A stretch of 64,000 nucleotides of DNA from positions 102,674,001 through 102,738,000 of the forward strand of contig NC_058373.1 in the NCBI RefSeq assembly GCF_018350175.1, given 5' to 3'. The notes beneath the pieces are model-generated. The model saw nothing but the letters and a program-made list of their open reading frames with translations, did no database searches and was not told where the DNA came from. Positions 61,801 through 64,000 of this stretch are shown here, one piece after another (the first letter of the stretch is position 1; each line of letters begins with the position of its first letter). The position numbers and the translations under genes are program-made. This stretch comes from Felis catus (lineage: Eukaryota).

Positions 61801-63150
61801 TTTTATGTTTATTTAGTTTTGAGAGCAAGAGACAGCATGAGTGGGGGAGGGGCAGAGAGAGAGAGGGAGATGCAGAATCTGAAGCAGGCTCCAGGCTCTG
61901 AGCCTTCAGCACAGAGCCCGATGTGGAGTTCCATCCCATGAACTGTGACATCATGACCTCAGCCCAAGTTGGACATCTAACCGATTGAGCCACCCAGGCG
62001 CCCCTTTTTGCATTTATTTTATAAGAATCCCATATATACTCACTTATCAAGGCAGGATTTCCCAGAATCCAGTGGCACAAACTGAATTCTTTGAAATACA
62101 CATGAAATAATTCTAAGCACAGTGTTAATACTGTTTTCAGATAAAGCACGTGACTGAATTGGGGGCTCAGTAGAAACTGATGATTTTGATTTTCATTGTG
62201 ATGAAATTTAAAGTGGGGTTCATGAGTACACGCCTAAGACAATTCTTGAGATGTTTGTTGCAAAAGGTGATTTTATTAAAGCGTGGGGACATGACCTGGG
62301 GGCAGAAAGAACTGCACTGGGATTGTGAGGTGTGACTATATACTTTTAAGTTGGTGGAGGGAGTGGGGGAAGTAAGTTTCTAAGGAATTTTGAAGCAAGG
62401 CTTTCAGGATCTTGAAGGAACTAGCTGCTGTTAAGATAAGGTTACTTTTAGGTTTTTTTTTGTTTTGTTTTTTTAATTTTTTTTCAACGTTTATTTATTT
62501 TTGGGACAGAGAGAGACAGAGCATGAACGGGGGAGGGGCAGAGAGAGAGGGAGACGCAGAATCGGAAACAGGCTCCAGGCTCTGAGCCATCAGCCCAGAG
62601 CCTGACGCGGGGCTCGAACTCATGGACTGCGAGATCGTGACCTGGCTGAAGTCGGACGCTTAACCGACTGCGCCACCCAGGCGCCCCAACTTTTAGTTTT
62701 TAATGAAACATAAACATTAAGGCACCAAGGCAGCAATGAGTTTCTTGAGGAAGGTCACGCTCTGCATGTTTCAGGAGTTTATCAGTGGGCTGCAAGTTGT
62801 AAGGAAATTTAATTTAAGCTACATTTCTCTTACCTTTGTTTCCCTCATCAATTGTACATGTACTTTATATATTAGTACTGTGTTTCTGTGTTTTGGAAAT
62901 ATATATTCATTGAAACTGGAAAATGAAACCACATGAGATTTGTATTCTTACATTTGTATATAATTCACCTGTCACTTTATGAGTACTTGAATAATATGGG
63001 TTTTTTTTTTTAACCCATTCAGATGATTGCTTGGTTACCTTTTCTTAATAAAACAGTAAACTCTGAGATTCTTTCTTTCAGATTCTAAATGACCAAAACA
63101 AAGCATTACAGTTAGAAGTTCAGAAGCTACAGACTCTTGTTTCTGAACAG
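31859..63150 (+). CDS. KTN1: Kinectin 1, partial gene (17 coding exons, 724 codons; 3' part beyond window)
   Basis: Protein starts MEFYESTYFIVLIPSVVITVIFLFFWLFMKETLYDEVLAKQKREQKLIPTK, recognised as the kinectin N-terminus. All exons have AG/GT ends, compatible phases and no in-frame stop. Confidence 0.97.
31889..32411 (+). CDS. KTN1: KTN1 exon 2 coding part (523 nt): signal-anchor TM helix plus Lys/Pro-rich region
   Basis: ORF 31889; hydrophobic YFIVLIPSVVITVIFLFFWLFM followed by Lys-rich tracts; donor AGCG|gtatta, phase 1. Confidence 0.97.
33846..33946 (+). mobile_element. Short tRNA-derived SINE
   Basis: A/B boxes; TSD aaagtagattaaag. Confidence 0.82.
34060..34604. mobile_element. MER58-like hAT element with a SINEC (-) nested at ~34330-34522
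   Basis: TIR-like cagggttggca...tgccaacccctg; ccaaatctggcctg; cctttacagaaaaagtttgcc. Confidence 0.85.
34995..35322 (-). mobile_element. L1MB-like 3' end containing a poly-C run
   Basis: cattaagtacatttacatt, aaactctgtacccattaaac, tttgactagtctgggtac. Confidence 0.8.
35848..35985 (+). CDS. KTN1: KTN1 exon 3 (138 nt) DDQDKKVETLMAPSKK...KQKTEN
   Basis: taaag|ATGATCAG...AAACG|gtgaaa; phase 1-1. Confidence 0.93.
36311..36376 (-). mobile_element. Extremely 5'-truncated felid L1 (66 bp)
   Basis: tttattgtcaaattggtttccatacaacacccagtgctcatcccaacaag matches the L1 tip at 54284-54334; perfect TSD GAAACATTTGTACTTT at 36295-36310 and 36377-36392. Confidence 0.93.
36762..36959 (-). mobile_element. SINEC
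   Basis: Standard body. Confidence 0.92.
37733..37903 (+). CDS. KTN1: KTN1 exon 4 (171 nt) VLVDEPLIHATAYIPLMDN...KTETDK
   Basis: ttgcag|TCTTGG...GATAAAG|gtaata; phase 1-1. Confidence 0.94.
38948..39078 (+). CDS. KTN1: KTN1 exon 5 (131 nt) ENAEVKFKDFLLSLKTMMFSEDEALCVVDLLKEKSGVIQDALKK
   Basis: Long T tract, taag|AAAATG...AAGAAG|gtaagc; phase 1-0. Confidence 0.95.
41670..41890 (+). mobile_element. MIR
   Basis: tctagagtcag...ttctgccac...gtctcactttcctc...catacagtaattgctcaaaaatgttaa. Confidence 0.7.
43185..43406 (-). mobile_element. SINEC within an old L1ME-like region (~42050-44000)
   Basis: Body with (GGGA)n tract; ends caggtgcccc. Confidence 0.88.
44253..44369 (+). CDS. KTN1: KTN1 exon 6 (117 nt) SSKGELTALVHQLQEKDKLL...KQLTQ
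   Basis: ctgtag|TCAAGT...ACTCAG|gtgagg; phase 0-0. Confidence 0.95.
44849..45071 (+). mobile_element. Young SINEC_Fc
   Basis: Near-consensus; perfect TSD aaaaaattgtgtta. Confidence 0.96.
45090..45345 (+). mobile_element. L1M 3' end
   Basis: ggggatgtaatgtacagc, tatatttgaaagttgcta, gttgtatacctgaaac, gtcaattatatctcaa. Confidence 0.85.
45894..46085 (+). mobile_element. SINEC
   Basis: Body; TSD agttggttggctct. Confidence 0.9.
46620..47045. mobile_element. Head-to-head SINECs: (-) 46620-46815 and (+) 46851-47045
   Basis: Two SINE bodies in opposite orientation, both with degenerate 5' heads. Confidence 0.85.
47190..47330 (+). CDS. KTN1: KTN1 exon 7 (141 nt) EMMSEKERSNVVIARMKDRIGTLEKEH...QQMQMK
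   Basis: ttctag|GAAATG...ATGAAG|gtatat; phase 0-0. Confidence 0.95.
47534..47977. mobile_element. MER44/Tigger7-like DNA transposon fossil
   Basis: TIR-like gtagtccccc...ggggggattactgta; ggtttcagttacctgtggtcaac. Confidence 0.85.
48426..48618 (-). mobile_element. SINEC
   Basis: Standard body. Confidence 0.88.
49411..49626 (-). mobile_element. Young SINEC_Fc
   Basis: Near-consensus with CpGs retained; TSD tatagcccc(c)ttttt with C-run length difference. Confidence 0.96.
50832..50938 (+). CDS. KTN1: KTN1 exon 8 (107 nt) FQQVREQMEAEIAHLKQENGILRDAVSNTTNQLES
   Basis: ttttag|TTCCAG...AGCAA|gtatgt; phase 0-2. Confidence 0.93.
51211..51398. mobile_element. MER5-like hAT element
   Basis: cagtagttctcaaact...gcccagaagtctgcat...ccatactttgaaaacctg. 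Confidence 0.75.
51752..51884 (+). CDS. KTN1: KTN1 exon 9 (133 nt) KQSAELNKLRQDYARLVNELTEK...VTQLK
   Basis: tttcag|GCAGTCT...TTGAAG|gtgaca; phase 2-0. Confidence 0.94.
53242..53329 (+). CDS. KTN1: KTN1 exon 10 (88 nt) VQLQEAERRWEEVQSYIRKRTAEHEAAQQ
   Basis: Branch-like ctgac, ttttttcag|GTTCAA...CAAG|gtaagg; phase 0-1. Confidence 0.95.
53739..53945 (-). mobile_element. SINEC
   Basis: TSD tcattacttatt. Confidence 0.92.
54261..54791 (-). mobile_element. 5'-truncated felid L1 (~530 bp; end of ORF2 plus 3'UTR)
   Basis: ORF 54353-54934 contains TCTPMFISALSTIAKLWKEPKRPSTDEWIKKMW; TSD ATTAGCTTACT(T/C)TTA. Confidence 0.94.
54930..55033. repeat. Perfect 25-bp minisatellite x4.2 (GTCACTTTTGCTTTTAGTATTTTCT)
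   Basis: Identical units start at 54930, 54955, 54980 and 55005, followed by GTCA. Confidence 0.97.
56710..56876 (+). CDS. KTN1: KTN1 exon 11 (167 nt) DLQSKFVAKENEVQSLHSKL...LQMQVQ
   Basis: ttacag|ATTTAC...GTTCAG|gtatct; phase 1-0. Confidence 0.94.
56896..57094 (-). mobile_element. SINEC ~20 bp downstream of the exon 11 donor
   Basis: Body; degenerate TSD ct(g/a)attttccct. Confidence 0.9.
57509..57577 (+). CDS. KTN1: KTN1 exon 12 (69 nt) DILEQNEALKAQIQQFHSQIAAQ
   Basis: gaaag|GATATT...GCGCAG|gtaatc; phase 0-0. Confidence 0.92.
59023..59060 (+). CDS. KTN1: KTN1 exon 13 (38 nt) TSASVLAEELHK(V)
   Basis: ttcttag|ACCTCT...AAAGT|gtaagc; phase 0-2. Confidence 0.92.
59750..59840 (+). CDS. KTN1: KTN1 exon 14 (91 nt) IAEKDKQIKQTEDSLANEHDHLTSKEEELK
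   Basis: ttaaag|GATTGC...CTTAAG|gtacag; phase 2-0. Confidence 0.92.
60177..60245 (+). CDS. KTN1: KTN1 exon 15 (69 nt) DTQNMNFLLKAEVQKLQALANEQ
   Basis: ttgtag|GATACA...GAACAG|gtaggt; phase 0-0. Confidence 0.93.
60768..60805 (+). CDS. KTN1: KTN1 exon 16 (38 nt) AAAARELEKMQK(S)
   Basis: acacag|GCTGCT...AAAAG|gtgatt; phase 0-2. Confidence 0.9.
60953..61034 (+). CDS. KTN1: KTN1 exon 17 (82 nt) IHVKDDQIRLLEEQLQCEISNKMEEFK
   Basis: tcgtag|TATTCA...TTTAAG|gtgtgt; phase 2-0. Confidence 0.92.
61114..62004 (-). mobile_element. Three separate SINECs (61114-61267, 61386-61590, 61787-62004)
   Basis: TSDs tagaaatactagttt, tagactatct(t)atctgttc and tttgcatt; the first two are internally deleted. Confidence 0.9.
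62199..62850 (-). mobile_element. Solo ERV LTR (ERV1-like) with a nested young SINEC_Fc at 62452-62687
   Basis: Termini TGATGA...TCATCA; 4-bp TSD ATTG at 62195-62198 and 62851-62854; minus-strand AATAAA near 62272; SINE TSD acttttag. Confidence 0.85.
63082..63150 (+). CDS. KTN1: KTN1 exon 18 (69 nt) ILNDQNKALQLEVQKLQTLVSEQ
   Basis: tttcag|ATTCTA...GAACAG|gtaagg; phase 0-0. Confidence 0.94.
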
Positions 63151-64000
63151 GTAAGGCTTTTGTGAATCACAGGATAGAACTATCTAATATTAACAAGATC
63201 TGGTTCTTCTTAAATATTAACCAACGCATTCTTTTTGAGGAGTTTTACTTAAGGGATAGATAAGTCTTTTCATTGCATTTCTATTCATCTTGTGCTTATC
63301 AGGTGCCTAAATTAAGGGAAATAGAATTTTTCTTCCCTGAGAGGAAGCTAATGCTAACCTCCTATTTATAAGCACTTTTTAAAAAAGTGTAATAGGATGC
63401 ATAAAAAGCATTTAAGTCCTTTTGATACAGTTGGCTCTCAGGATAAAAGTCCTTACATTTTTGGAGCCTCACCTTTTTCTCTAAGGCAACGGTGGCTTCT
63501 TAAAAAGAGAGTAAGTAGGCGTAACACTTGCTATCAGCACTTAAAAGCAATTATGTTGATCAAATTGCTTAACCCTTCTGAGACCTTTCATTCCAAGTCT
63601 TTCACATTGAGATGTTATTTACATCACGAATATGTTAGATTTAAATGGGGAAGTTTATGTATAGTGTTTAGCCTGGTACTTGGCCTTTAACAGGTATCTT
63701 AAACCTTAATTCCTCTCCCTTTGGATATTTATTTTTTCATCTCCTCCCTACCCTCTACTGTCATCATACTTTGTTCTGTATTTTTGGCAAGCCATCGAAA
63801 TTATATAGTGGTCTGAGTAAGCATGGCTCCATAAACTAGAGTCCCAGGCAATGTCCATTGTATGGCTTTTCCTAAGAGTTAGTTGCCTTCAGACTTTTCT
63901 TATACATAACTCTTCAAATTCCAGTGTTAAAAATATTCTAGAAACTCTTGATATTAGATGACACATTAAAATAGAAACTTTGAATGTTGCTCTAACAGTG

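Overview
Mammalian genomic DNA. Abundant SINEC_Fc-type SINEs and L1_Fc-type 3' ends point to a cat-family (felid) genome. The window covers the + strand 5' half of KTN1 (kinectin 1, an ER-anchored coiled-coil protein). Bases 1-31858 look like the long first intron; no CpG island, promoter or first exon is visible. Seventeen coding exons (31889-63150) splice with GT-AG boundaries into one open frame of 2172 nt (724 codons), and the gene continues beyond the window. Exon numbers follow my recollection of the human gene. The rest is interspersed repeat (SINEC, L1, L2, MIR, CR1, MaLR/ERV LTRs, Tigger/hAT fossils) and microsatellites; repeat family names come from recalled consensus motifs, not a search. 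I found no evidence for a new biological system. The most interesting structures are a repeated three-exon module (69/38/91, 69/38/82, 69 nt) building the coiled coil, young inverted SINE pairs around exons, a solo LTR with a nested SINE, a perfect 25-bp minisatellite, and an unexplained 22-bp exact duplication 1.1 kb apart.
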